Shown: one piece after another, positions 18,407-28,169 of the stretch
Layout: each line of letters opens with the position of its first letter
Position numbering within the stretch: the first letter of the stretch is position 1
NCBI GenBank assembly: GCA_021824055.1
Contig: JAKALV010000002.1
Span: forward strand, 1-34,369
Length of the DNA stretch: 34,369 bases
Direction: 5' to 3'
Origin: Acidobacteriota bacterium
GTDB lineage: Bacteria > Acidobacteriota > Vicinamibacteria > Vicinamibacterales > SCN-69-37
Program-made: the position numbers and the translations under genes
The notes under the pieces: model-generated
The model's database searches: none
What the model saw: the letters and a program-made list of their open reading frames with translations, nothing else
What the model was told of the DNA's origin: nothing

Positions 18407-19414
18407 ATGCGCATCACGTGCAATTTGCTGCTGGTTTCGGCCATCGCCGCCGCGCTCATGGTGCCCGCGATCGCGACCGCCCAGGCCATCCCGCGTACCA
18501 CGACGACGTCCAGTGAGGCGCCGCCGCCTCCACCACCTTCGCCGCCAAGCTCGGGGTCCTCGACATCCGGCGGCTCGAGCCGGGAAATGCCCTTCATCCC
18601 ACAGGCGCCGCCACCTCGTTCGGCCCCGCCGCCCCGGTCAGCGCCGCCGCCGAGCGGATCCAGTGGATCCAGCGGATCGAGCACGTCGAGCGGTTCAAGC
18701 TCCAGCAGTTCGGGCTCAAGCAGCTCCGGGTCAAGTGCCGTCCGGCGTGGTGGCTCAAGCACGCCGTCGCGCGTGATCGTCGGCAGCGGATCAACGCAGC
18801 CCACGTATGTGGGCGCCGGCAGCCGCGATCGCAACGGCAGGCCCATCACCAACACGGCCGTGCGCCGCAGTCCGAGCCCGATGATCAACCTCGGGTCAGA
18901 CTGGCTGCGTGACGCCGGCTATCCGTTCAGTCCGTGGGGCCGCTGGTATCCGTGGTACACGGGCGGCTGGGGCTACGGCTACGTGACGTACGATCCGTGG
19001 CGCGTGGGCGGCACGCGCTGGGTGTTTGGACGGTACGGCTTGTGGTGGTACGGTCCGACGCCGTGGTACGACCCGTGGTACGACCCGTACTACGGGATGT
19101 ACGGAACCTACGGCTACTCGCCGTATGACTATGGCTATGGCGGTGGCGGCACGTCGCGCCGCGATGAACCGAAGCGCGAGACCGGATCGATCCGGCTGCG
19201 CGTCCGCCCGGACAAGGCCAAGGTCTACATCGACGGCGTGCTGCAGGGCCTCGTGGACGATTTCAACGGACTCAGCCGCCACCTCGACGTGTCGGCCGGC
19301 ACGCACCAGCTCGAACTTCGCGCCGATGGCTATGTCACCCTCAACGACGAGATCATCGTTGAGGCCGGCAAGACGCAGACGTACCGTGGAGCCTTGAAGA
19401 AGAGCTCGAAGTGA
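18407..19414 (+). CDS. Secreted protein with a Ser/Pro-rich disordered region, a Trp/Tyr/Gly-rich segment and a C-terminal PEGA domain
   Basis: The signal peptide is 'MRITCNLLLVSAIAAALMVPAIATAQA'. The C-terminus 'IRLRVRPDKAKVYIDGVLQG...LELRADGYVTLNDEIIVEAGKTQTY' looks like a PEGA domain. The ATG at 18407 with an RBS is preferred over the track start at 18389. Confidence 0.7.
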   Translation: MRITCNLLLVSAIAAALMVPAIATAQAIPRTTTTSSEAPPPPPPSPPSSGSSTSGGSSREMPFIPQAPPPRSAPPPRSAPPPSGSSGSSGSSTSSGSSSSSSGSSSSGSSAVRRGGSSTPSRVIVGSGSTQPTYVGAGSRDRNGRPITNTAVRRSPSPMINLGSDWLRDAGYPFSPWGRWYPWYTGGWGYGYVTYDPWRVGGTRWVFGRYGLWWYGPTPWYDPWYDPYYGMYGTYGYSPYDYGYGGGGTSRRDEPKRETGSIRLRVRPDKAKVYIDGVLQGLVDDFNGLSRHLDVSAGTHQLELRADGYVTLNDEIIVEAGKTQTYRGALKKSSK

Positions 19415-19800
19415 AATTTCTGTCGGTCGTCGCGGGCATTTCCGGTATCTACGATCTCGGCGTCGGGATCCTAATGCTCGCGGCAACCGGCACACTGGCC
19501 ACGGTCTTTCACGTGCCGGTGCCGGAACCGATCCTGTTCGCCAAACTGCTGGGAATTTTTCTGATCTGTGTCGGCTTGGGCTATGCGGCGCCGTGGCGCG
19601 ACCCGGTCACGCATCGCGGGTACCTGTGGGTGTTCGGTCCCATCCTCAAAGGCGCCGGCGCCGCCGCCTTTGTGATCGACTACATCGTGAACGCCTCGCC
19701 GGCGTCGTTCCTGCTGTTCGCGGTGACGGACGGCACGCTGGCCCTGCTTACGTTGTGGGGACTGCTGCGTCTTTCGGGAGAATCTTCCGCTCCACGCTGA
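19411..19800 (+). CDS. Small integral membrane protein (about 4 TM segments), function unknown
   Basis: 129 aa with four hydrophobic stretches. The GTG start overlaps the stop of the PEGA gene (GTGA). Confidence 0.55.
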   Translation: MKFLSVVAGISGIYDLGVGILMLAATGTLATVFHVPVPEPILFAKLLGIFLICVGLGYAAPWRDPVTHRGYLWVFGPILKGAGAAAFVIDYIVNASPASFLLFAVTDGTLALLTLWGLLRLSGESSAPR

Positions 19801-20269
19801 CCTCGCCGATCTTGTAGAGGCGCCCGTTGACCTTGCCGAACACCTTGATCGTGAAGTCCACAAACATGGAGTGTTTGAAGAAGTCGGCGCGCGCACCTTC
19901 CAGCGTGTAGCCATAGTTCGCGCGGATGACGATGGGATCGCTGGTGGCGCCCGGCGCCAGATCTGTCGCCACCAGATGCGGCAGCAGCAGTTCGTCCTTC
20001 TGGCCATCGTCTCCGACACGCCAGAACGCCGCCGACAACTGGAATCCACTCAGGGTTGAAGCGCCGGTGTTCTGCACGCGGACGGTGGCCGACGGCACGA
20101 GCTTGGTTTCGCCGTTCACGATGCCCAGGTCGACGTAGCCGGAGTGCACGTCAACCAGTTGCACGGATTTGTCCAGCGCCACCGCCGGACCGCAGCCGCC
20201 CGCGGACAGGAACGCAACGGCCAGGCCGGTGACACACGCGGCAACAGAGACCCCACGGGGGATTCGCAT
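19748..20269 (-). CDS. Probable lipoprotein, function unknown
   Basis: The N-terminus 'MRIPRGVSVAACVTGLAVAFLSAGGCGPAV' has a lipobox-like Cys. It is the last gene of the ECF sigma cluster. Confidence 0.55.
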   Translation of the reverse strand: MRIPRGVSVAACVTGLAVAFLSAGGCGPAVALDKSVQLVDVHSGYVDLGIVNGETKLVPSATVRVQNTGASTLSGFQLSAAFWRVGDDGQKDELLLPHLVATDLAPGATSDPIVIRANYGYTLEGARADFFKHSMFVDFTIKVFGKVNGRLYKIGEVSVERKILPKDAAVPTT

Positions 20270-20334
20270 GACTCGATATTAGACCCCAGCCGGGGCTTTT
20301 TGATCCGGCCCGGTGCCGCTCACGATGGACGTGC

Positions 20335-21027
20335 CTATCGGCGGTCGTCGCGAATCTTGATGCGCGCCTTCGCTTCTTCACGCGTGATCTTGCCGGCGCG
20401 AAGGGCCGTGAGGTCTTCGCCCTTGATGCTCAGCACGAGCGCCACGGATTCGTCCCCCGCGACCGCCGGGCCCACCGGATCCGTTCCGCGCGCGCCGATC
20501 GTCAGCGACTCGGACGGCTTGAGCGGCATCTGGCCAAAGTCGAGCATGGCGTCGATCAGGGCCTCACGGATCGCGGTCCGGTACTCGCCGCGCGGATCGC
20601 GGACGACGGCCGGCTCGATCGCGTCGGGCCGCACCGTGGACGTCACGCCGCCACGGTTGTTCACCTGGCGGCCGGTGGCGCTCACGCCCGATGTCGGCAG
20701 CAACTCGACGTAGAGATCCGCGGAGCCGGGATAAATGTCCGGCACTTCGACATCGAAGAACCATCCCACGTTCTCGAGCTGATACCCATGGGCGTGCGGC
20801 AGGCCGGCAAACAGCCTCAGGCCGGGCGCCACTTCGTTGATCTTATGCGCCAGGCGATCCACGCCGTTCTGCACCGCGCTCGTCAGCACGGTCTCCATCG
20901 TCCGCACCTGGAACCGGAGATTCGGCGTCGCGTCCGCGGGCGCGGACGGCCGCTGGGCCTGCGCAAAGGCCGGCACCGAGCAGCCGACGATCAGCGCGGT
21001 GAGTGCGAGTGTCTGATGGGCCTTCAC
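20335..21027 (-). CDS. Exported protein (signal peptide or lipobox LIVGC), function unknown
   Basis: The N-terminus is 'MKAHQTLALTALIVGCSVPAFAQAQ'. It lies 2 nt downstream of the anti-sigma gene. Confidence 0.55.
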   Translation of the reverse strand: MKAHQTLALTALIVGCSVPAFAQAQRPSAPADATPNLRFQVRTMETVLTSAVQNGVDRLAHKINEVAPGLRLFAGLPHAHGYQLENVGWFFDVEVPDIYPGSADLYVELLPTSGVSATGRQVNNRGGVTSTVRPDAIEPAVVRDPRGEYRTAIREALIDAMLDFGQMPLKPSESLTIGARGTDPVGPAVAGDESVALVLSIKGEDLTALRAGKITREEAKARIKIRDDRR

Positions 21028-21029
21028 GG

Positions 21030-21740
21030 TTACTGCTCCTTCTCTTTCTCAACGCTGCCGCGATTCGCCACTCTCGCCAGATTGCCGTAGGTCTTGTCCT
21101 GCGCGTCGCTGATCTGCTGCGAGATGGACGCCATGTCGCGCTGGCGCTGGTTGGCCATGTCGATCACGGCCGAGTAGATCTTCTGCGCCGTGCGCTGATT
21201 GATGCGGCCCTCGCTCTCCTTGATGAGCTGCTCGAGTTCCGCGCGGGTCAGCCTGACGTCGTTTACCGGCGCCGACTCGGGCCGACGGAGCGCCACGCGC
21301 TCGATCGACGCGATCCGCTCTTCGAGGACGCGCAGCTGCTCGGGTGTGGCCGCCACGGTCTGCGGCACAGGCGCGGGCGCCGTCGGCGGCAATTGCATCT
21401 GCATCTGCGCCTGCCCGGTTGCCGGCGGCGCCGACGCCAGTGCGCGCGCGGCGAATCCGCCCGCGAGCCCGATGCCGAAGACCAGCATCGCCGCGGCCGC
21501 GAGGCCCCACGCCGGCACCTGCCGCCACCACGCGACAGTCTGCGGCGCCACAAAGGGCTTCCACACCGACCCGTGTTCCGGCACGCCCCAGGCGAGCAGG
21601 TCCTGACGCACGCCGCGCAACCCGCGCAGTTCCTCGCGGCATTCGGCGCATTCGGCCAGATGCGCGTCTACCTGACGCCGCTCGCCGGCGTCGGCCTCGT
21701 CATAGAGATACGCGATCAGTTTTTCTCGATCGTCACACAT
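21030..21740 (-). CDS. Anti-sigma factor (zf-HC2 type, single TM)
   Basis: It has 'HLAECAECREELRGL' plus a TM segment 'VPAWGLAAAAMLVFGIGLAGGFAA'. The ATG at 21740 follows a gaagga RBS. The track ORF begins at a TTG at 21761. Confidence 0.8.
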   Translation of the reverse strand: MCDDREKLIAYLYDEADAGERRQVDAHLAECAECREELRGLRGVRQDLLAWGVPEHGSVWKPFVAPQTVAWWRQVPAWGLAAAAMLVFGIGLAGGFAARALASAPPATGQAQMQMQLPPTAPAPVPQTVAATPEQLRVLEERIASIERVALRRPESAPVNDVRLTRAELEQLIKESEGRINQRTAQKIYSAVIDMANQRQRDMASISQQISDAQDKTYGNLARVANRGSVEKEKEQ

Positions 21741-21775
21741 GTTGTGGGTCCTTCGTTGCAACTACCAACCTGCTC

Positions 21776-22393
21776 TTAACTCGTGCTCTCCCAGCTCGCA
21801 CGCCGCAAGCTGGCTTCGTCGGCCTGCCGGCGCTCGAGGCGCCGCCGCAGCACTGACAACCCCTGATACAACCGCGTCTTCACCGTGCTCAGCGGACAAT
21901 CGAGCGCGTCCGCAATTTCCTGAAACGTCAGGCCATGAAACTCTTTCATCAGGATGGCCGCGCGCTGCTCCTCGGGCAACTCCGCCATCGCTCTGGCCAC
22001 CGCCGCTGACATCTCCCGGCGGTTTACCAGTTCCTCAACCGACTCGGCCGGCGACGGGATCTGTTCCGCCATGTCCAGACCGTCTTCGCTCTCCGGCACC
22101 TGGATCAGCGGGGCCCGGCGGGCTTTCCGCATCCAGTCGCGGCATAAATTCAGCGTGATCCGATACAGCCAGGAGGAGAATTTGGCCTGCCCCTTGAACC
22201 CTTTGAGGCCCCGGAAGGCGCGCAGGAACGCCTCCTGCACGACATCGCGGGCGTCCTCTTCCCGGCCCAAGGTCCGGTAGGCCAGGGCGTAGATCGGGCG
22301 CTCCCAGCGGGCAACCAGCTGGTTGAAGCTCTCCAGGTCCCCCGCTTGGGCGCGGGCGACGAGTTCCTCATCAGTAATTGGCGTAGCGCTCAC
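21776..22393 (-). CDS. ECF-type RNA polymerase sigma factor (sigma-70 family, group 4)
   Basis: Region 2 reads 'FNQLVARWERPIYALAYRTLGREEDARDVVQEAFLRAF'. Region 4 reads 'LPEEQRAAILMKEFHGLTFQEIADALDCPLSTVKTRL'. The start is uncertain. A GTG at 22393 gives about 205 aa, while the track ORF extends to 22447. Confidence 0.85.
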   Translation of the reverse strand: MSATPITDEELVARAQAGDLESFNQLVARWERPIYALAYRTLGREEDARDVVQEAFLRAFRGLKGFKGQAKFSSWLYRITLNLCRDWMRKARRAPLIQVPESEDGLDMAEQIPSPAESVEELVNRREMSAAVARAMAELPEEQRAAILMKEFHGLTFQEIADALDCPLSTVKTRLYQGLSVLRRRLERRQADEASLRRASWESTS

Positions 22394-22564
22394 ACAGGCT
22401 TTCTCTGTCCCGCGTCCCCCAAGCCCGGCCCACCCGGCTTCTGGCAACTAAGACGGCCGGGCCGCCGGGAGAGTCTGTACGGGACGACGGGAGCAGGACT
22501 TCGGCCAGTATAGTGCTATGCTTTTTCGCGCGCCCCCAGTGGATTCTTCCGTCATTTGGCCGAC

Positions 22565-23161
22565 ATGAGCGACGAAAACTTTCTGACCACTGAGGAGGTC
22601 CTTGACTATCTTCAAGTCAACCTTCGCACCGTCTACCGCCTGATCAAGGCCGGGAAGATTCCGGCCGTACGGGTCGGGCGCCAATGGCGCTTCCGGAAAC
22701 GGGATATCGACGCGTGGCTCGAGTCGAGTCGGCCGGCATCGGGGTCCGGCCGGCTCCCCGATGACCACCAGCACCCGGGCGAGCGTCCGCGGATCCTGGT
22801 CGTCGATGACGAGCAGGCCGTGCGCGACCTCCTCTCGAAGACGCTGACGATGGCCGACTACGATGTGGATTCGGCCGACGACGGCCCGTCGGCGATCGAC
22901 AAGATGCGCGCGGTGGAATACGACCTGCTGATCACCGACCTGAAGATGCCGGGCATGGACGGCCTGTCGGTCATCCGTGAGGCGCGGAAACTCGTGAGCG
23001 ACCTGCGCGTAATCATCATTACCGGCTATTCCACGGAAGCCAGCGCCATCGAAGCGATCAACCTTGGCGTGTCCGGTTACCTGACGAAGCCGTTCCGCCT
23101 GCCGCGCATTCTCGCCGCCGCGGCGCGCGCGCTCGGCGAACCGGTGCCGACGGTGGAATGA
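22565..23161 (+). CDS. Response regulator with an N-terminal excisionase/MerR-type HTH followed by a receiver domain
   Basis: The HTH part reads 'LTTEEVLDYLQVNLRTVYRLIKAGKIPAVRVGRQWRFRKRDIDAWL'. The receiver part reads 'RILVVDDEQAVRDLL...DLLITDLKMPGMDG...TKPF'. The ATG at 22565 is preferred over the TTG at 22556. Confidence 0.8.
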   Translation: MSDENFLTTEEVLDYLQVNLRTVYRLIKAGKIPAVRVGRQWRFRKRDIDAWLESSRPASGSGRLPDDHQHPGERPRILVVDDEQAVRDLLSKTLTMADYDVDSADDGPSAIDKMRAVEYDLLITDLKMPGMDGLSVIREARKLVSDLRVIIITGYSTEASAIEAINLGVSGYLTKPFRLPRILAAAARALGEPVPTVE

Positions 23162-23171
23162 ACAGCACTTG

Positions 23172-23326
23172 TTAAGGCAAAAAGCAGAAGGCAAGAGGCA
23201 GAAACACGTTCGAAGTCACAAACTCGGAGCAGTTGTCTCCTGTTGTTCTTTTTATTCCTTACTGACTTTGTTTCTCACTTCGTTTCTGACTTGTTTCTGC
23301 CTTCTGCCTTTTGCCTTCTGCCTTAA
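23172..23326. repeat. ~155-bp imperfect palindromic element with arms built from 7-nt units (RARGGCA) and an A/T-rich core
   Basis: The left arm ttaaggcaaaaagcagaaggcaagaggcagaaaca spans 23172-23206. The right arm tgtttctgccttctgccttttgccttctgccttaa spans 23292-23326. About 30 of 35 positions are complementary by hand alignment. The core carries further gtttctSactt repeats. Confidence 0.85.
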
Positions 23327-23341
23327 GTCCGGTCTTTGTCA

Positions 23342-25342
<2,001 letters not shown>

Positions 25343-25386
25343 TTTACGGAGTATTCTGTAATCACTGAATGCCCCAACGATCCATC

Positions 25387-25402
25387 TGGCAGCCGTGCTG
25401 CT
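25387..25402 (+). promoter_or_regulatory. Possible sigma54 (-24/-12) promoter upstream of the kinase/activator operon
   Basis: TGGCAGCCGTGCTGCT has the correct GG..GC spacing, but the -12 element is CTGCT rather than TTGCW. It lies about 62 nt upstream of the ATG at 25464. Confidence 0.4.
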
Positions 25403-25463
25403 CACAGATTCGTCTGTCCTGTCAGTTCGCGGACAGGTACGCGCCTTGCGAGAGTAGCGAGAG

Positions 25464-26636
25464 ATGGCGCGCCTGCAGGCAGTCAAAGTGACGCACTCCG
25501 TCCGTTCGCGGAGGGTTGATGACCGGTTCTACCGGCATCTCGTTTCGAACCTGCGGACCGGTGTGCTCGCCATCACGCGCAACGGTCTGCTGGCGGTGAT
25601 GAACGACATCGCGTACCGGTCGTTGGGCCTGCCACCTCAGACCAACGATCTTGGGCGTCCGTTTACGGAAGTGCTCGTGGACTGCCCGGAAGTCATTGGC
25701 GTGCTGCAAGCCGCCTTCGACAGCGACGACCTCCCCAACCGCGCCGAGATGCGCCTGCGGCGCACCGGCAAAGCCATTGGCTATTCGCTCTCGCGCATTT
25801 ACGACGACGACGGGCAGGCGGCGGGCGCCACGCTGTTCTTCAAGGATCTGACGCAGGTCGAACAGCTCGAGGAACGCGAGCGGCTGCGCGACCGCCTGGC
25901 CACGCTCGGCGAAATGGCCGCGGCCATCGCCCACGAGGTCAAGAACCCGCTCGCGAGCATCGAAGTCATGGCGGGCGTGCTGCGGCGGCAGTTTCGCGAT
26001 CGCGAAGACGCCCACGACGTGGACGTCCGCGAGCAGCTCGACGACATCATCAAGGAAGCCAAGATGGCGAACGCCATCGTCGTGGAAGTGCTCGAATACG
26101 TGCGGCCGATTCAGCTGCAGCCCGAGTCCGTGTCGCTGATCGCGGTGCTCGCCGAATCGGTGACGATGGCGGAGGGCAAGATTCCGCGAGGATCGGTGGT
26201 CATGGACATGTCGGTGGACCCGGACGTGCCCGACCTCACCGCCGACGCGCACCAGCTCCGGCAGATGTTCGCCAATCTGATCGCGAACTCGTTTGAAGCG
26301 ATGGGCGGCCGGGGCCGCGTCCGGATCCGGGCCCGGCTGCTGATGGGCGAAGTCGAGCCGCTCGGCGGCACGCACTCGCTGCCGTCCCGCGTGCGGGTGG
26401 AAGTGCATGACGACGGCCCGGGCATCTCGGCCGACGACCTCGAGCGCATCTTCAGTCCGTTCTTCACGACCAAACCCCAGGGCACCGGCCTGGGACTGGC
26501 CATCGTGCGCAAGGTGGTTGACGCGCACGACGGCACCATTCACGCCACGTCCGCGCTGGGACACGGCACCACGTTTACCGTCACGCTGCCGGTCACGCCG
26601 ATCCGGCCCTTGTCTTTCACCAAGGACGGCACGTGA
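25464..26636 (+). CDS. Cytoplasmic PAS-domain sensor histidine kinase (NtrB/AtoS-like)
   Basis: The H-box is 'AAAIAHEVKNPLASI'. HATPase_c motifs are present ('ANLIANSFEAM', 'DDGPGI', 'GTGLGLAIV'). No TM segment is evident. Confidence 0.9.
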   Translation: MARLQAVKVTHSVRSRRVDDRFYRHLVSNLRTGVLAITRNGLLAVMNDIAYRSLGLPPQTNDLGRPFTEVLVDCPEVIGVLQAAFDSDDLPNRAEMRLRRTGKAIGYSLSRIYDDDGQAAGATLFFKDLTQVEQLEERERLRDRLATLGEMAAAIAHEVKNPLASIEVMAGVLRRQFRDREDAHDVDVREQLDDIIKEAKMANAIVVEVLEYVRPIQLQPESVSLIAVLAESVTMAEGKIPRGSVVMDMSVDPDVPDLTADAHQLRQMFANLIANSFEAMGGRGRVRIRARLLMGEVEPLGGTHSLPSRVRVEVHDDGPGISADDLERIFSPFFTTKPQGTGLGLAIVRKVVDAHDGTIHATSALGHGTTFTVTLPVTPIRPLSFTKDGT

Positions 26637-26708
26637 CTGGACGTGGTAGTTACCTGCGCCCGCAAGGGCGCGGGCGGTGTTTACCACGTCCAGTCACGTG
26701 CCGTCCTT
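26622..26708. promoter_or_regulatory. Perfect 27-bp inverted repeat with a 33-nt spacer containing its own GC hairpin, between the kinase and activator genes
   Basis: The left arm aaggacggcacgtgactggacgtggta (26622-26648) includes the kinase stop codon. The right arm taccacgtccagtcacgtgccgtcctt (26682-26708) is its exact reverse complement, checked base by base. An inner stem pairs cgcccgc with gcgggcg. Confidence 0.9.
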
Positions 26709-26726
26709 TGATTATGGAGAACCCAG

Positions 26727-28124
26727 ATGGGTCGTATTCTCGTCGTTGATGATCACGATTCACTGCGCAAAGGTCTCGTGCGCGCGCTCGGCAACGCCGG
26801 GCACGACACGGAGGAGGCCGCCAACGGCACGGCGGCGATCGAGCGCCTGCAGGACAGCCAGTTCGACGTCGTCCTCACCGACCTCCGGATGGGCGGCGCG
26901 GACGGCATGGACGTGCTGCGCACGGCGCGCAAGCTGCAGCCCAACGCCGCCGTCATTCTGATGACCGCGTTCGGCTCGATTCATACGGCCGTCGAAGCGA
27001 TGAAGATCGGCGCCGTCGACTTCGTGCAGAAGCCGTTCGAGATCGAGGAAATGGAGCTGAAGATCGAGAAAGCGATCGAGATCCGGCACCTCAAGTATCA
27101 GGTGGACTACCTGCGCACGGCGCAGCAGGACATCTACGACTTCGATCGCATCGTCGGCGCGAGCGGCGCGCTGCAGCAGGTGCTCAGCATCGTGAAGAAG
27201 GTGGCGCGCAGCAATTCCACGATTCTGATCCGCGGCGAAACGGGGACGGGCAAGGAGCTGATCGCCGGATCGATTCACCACAACTCGCTGCGCGCCAGCA
27301 AGGCCTTCGTCAAGGTCAACTGCGCGGCGCTGCAGGAGAACCTGCTCGAATCGGAACTGTTCGGACACGAGAAGGGCGCGTTCACGAGCGCGGACAAGCA
27401 GCGCATCGGCCGGTTTGAGCAGGCCGACGGCGGCACGCTGTTCCTGGACGAGGTGGGCGACATGAGCGCCAACACGCAGGCCAAGATCCTGCGCGTGTTG
27501 CAGGAGCACGAGTTCGAGCGCCTCGGCGGCACGCGCACGTTGCGCGTGGACGTGCGCATCATCGCCGCGACCAACCGGAACCTCAGCCAGATGGTGGCGG
27601 AGGGCAAGTTCCGCGAGGACCTGTTCTATCGCCTCAATGTCGTGTCGGTGGAGATGCCGCCGCTGCGCGATCGCAAGGACGACATCGGCGCGCTGGCCGA
27701 GTTCTTCGTGCGCCGGTACGCGACGGAACTGAAGAAGAAGGTGGACGGCATTCAGCCGGACGCCCTCAAGGTGCTCATGCGTCACAACTGGCCGGGAAAC
27801 ATCCGCGAACTGGAGAACGTGATCGAGCGCGCCGTGCTGCTGACCGACGCCACGGTCATCAGCATCAGCGACCTCCAGATCGGCGACCAGCAGTCCGCGA
27901 GCGGCAGCGAGAAGGTGCCGGCGATCAAGATTCCGCCGACGGGCATCGCCCTGGAAGAAATTGAACGCCAGGCGGTGCTGGAAGCGCTGCGGATGTCGAA
28001 CTGGGTCCAGAAGGACGCGGCCGAGCTGCTGTCGATCAGTCCACGAGTGATGAACTACAAGATCAAGATTCTGAACATCGAGATTCCGAGATCACGCCGG
28101 ACACTCGAGCCGGTCGCGAGTTAG
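26727..28124 (+). CDS. Sigma54-dependent response regulator (NtrC family: REC + AAA+ + Fis-type HTH)
   Basis: The receiver reads 'RILVVDDHDSLR...DVVLTDLRMGG'. Walker A is 'GETGTGKE'. 'GAFTSA' is a variant of the GAFTGA loop. The C-terminal HTH reads 'NWVQKDAAELLSISPRVMNYKIK'. Confidence 0.92.
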   Translation: MGRILVVDDHDSLRKGLVRALGNAGHDTEEAANGTAAIERLQDSQFDVVLTDLRMGGADGMDVLRTARKLQPNAAVILMTAFGSIHTAVEAMKIGAVDFVQKPFEIEEMELKIEKAIEIRHLKYQVDYLRTAQQDIYDFDRIVGASGALQQVLSIVKKVARSNSTILIRGETGTGKELIAGSIHHNSLRASKAFVKVNCAALQENLLESELFGHEKGAFTSADKQRIGRFEQADGGTLFLDEVGDMSANTQAKILRVLQEHEFERLGGTRTLRVDVRIIAATNRNLSQMVAEGKFREDLFYRLNVVSVEMPPLRDRKDDIGALAEFFVRRYATELKKKVDGIQPDALKVLMRHNWPGNIRELENVIERAVLLTDATVISISDLQIGDQQSASGSEKVPAIKIPPTGIALEEIERQAVLEALRMSNWVQKDAAELLSISPRVMNYKIKILNIEIPRSRRTLEPVAS

Positions 28125-28135
28125 AACGCTCTTGA

Positions 28136-28169
28136 CGCAGGGCCGAGCTTCAGCTCGGCCCTGCGTTTT
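28136..28169 (+). terminator. Rho-independent terminator downstream of the activator gene
   Basis: A 13-bp stem pairs cgcagggccgagc with gctcggccctgcg around a ttca loop, followed by TTTT. The T-tract overlaps the xerC stop codon on the opposite strand. Confidence 0.8.

Noticed and set aside
18208-18888. 226-aa minus-strand ORF spanning the hslV start region and the PEGA gene 5' part
   Set aside because: It is antisense to the Ser/Pro-rich coding repeats and has a low-complexity product. It would run through the hslV/PEGA divergent control region.
20285-20306. Small hairpin ccccagccgggg followed by TTTTT between two minus-strand genes
   Set aside because: The T-tract follows the stem only on the plus strand, while both flanking genes are on the minus strand. 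The stem is only 4 bp.
22441-22456. TGGCAA motif in the sigma/HTH-receiver intergenic region as a possible sigma54 promoter
   Set aside because: No GC dinucleotide occurs at the required distance from the GG (TGGCAACTAAGACGGC), so the -12 element is missing.
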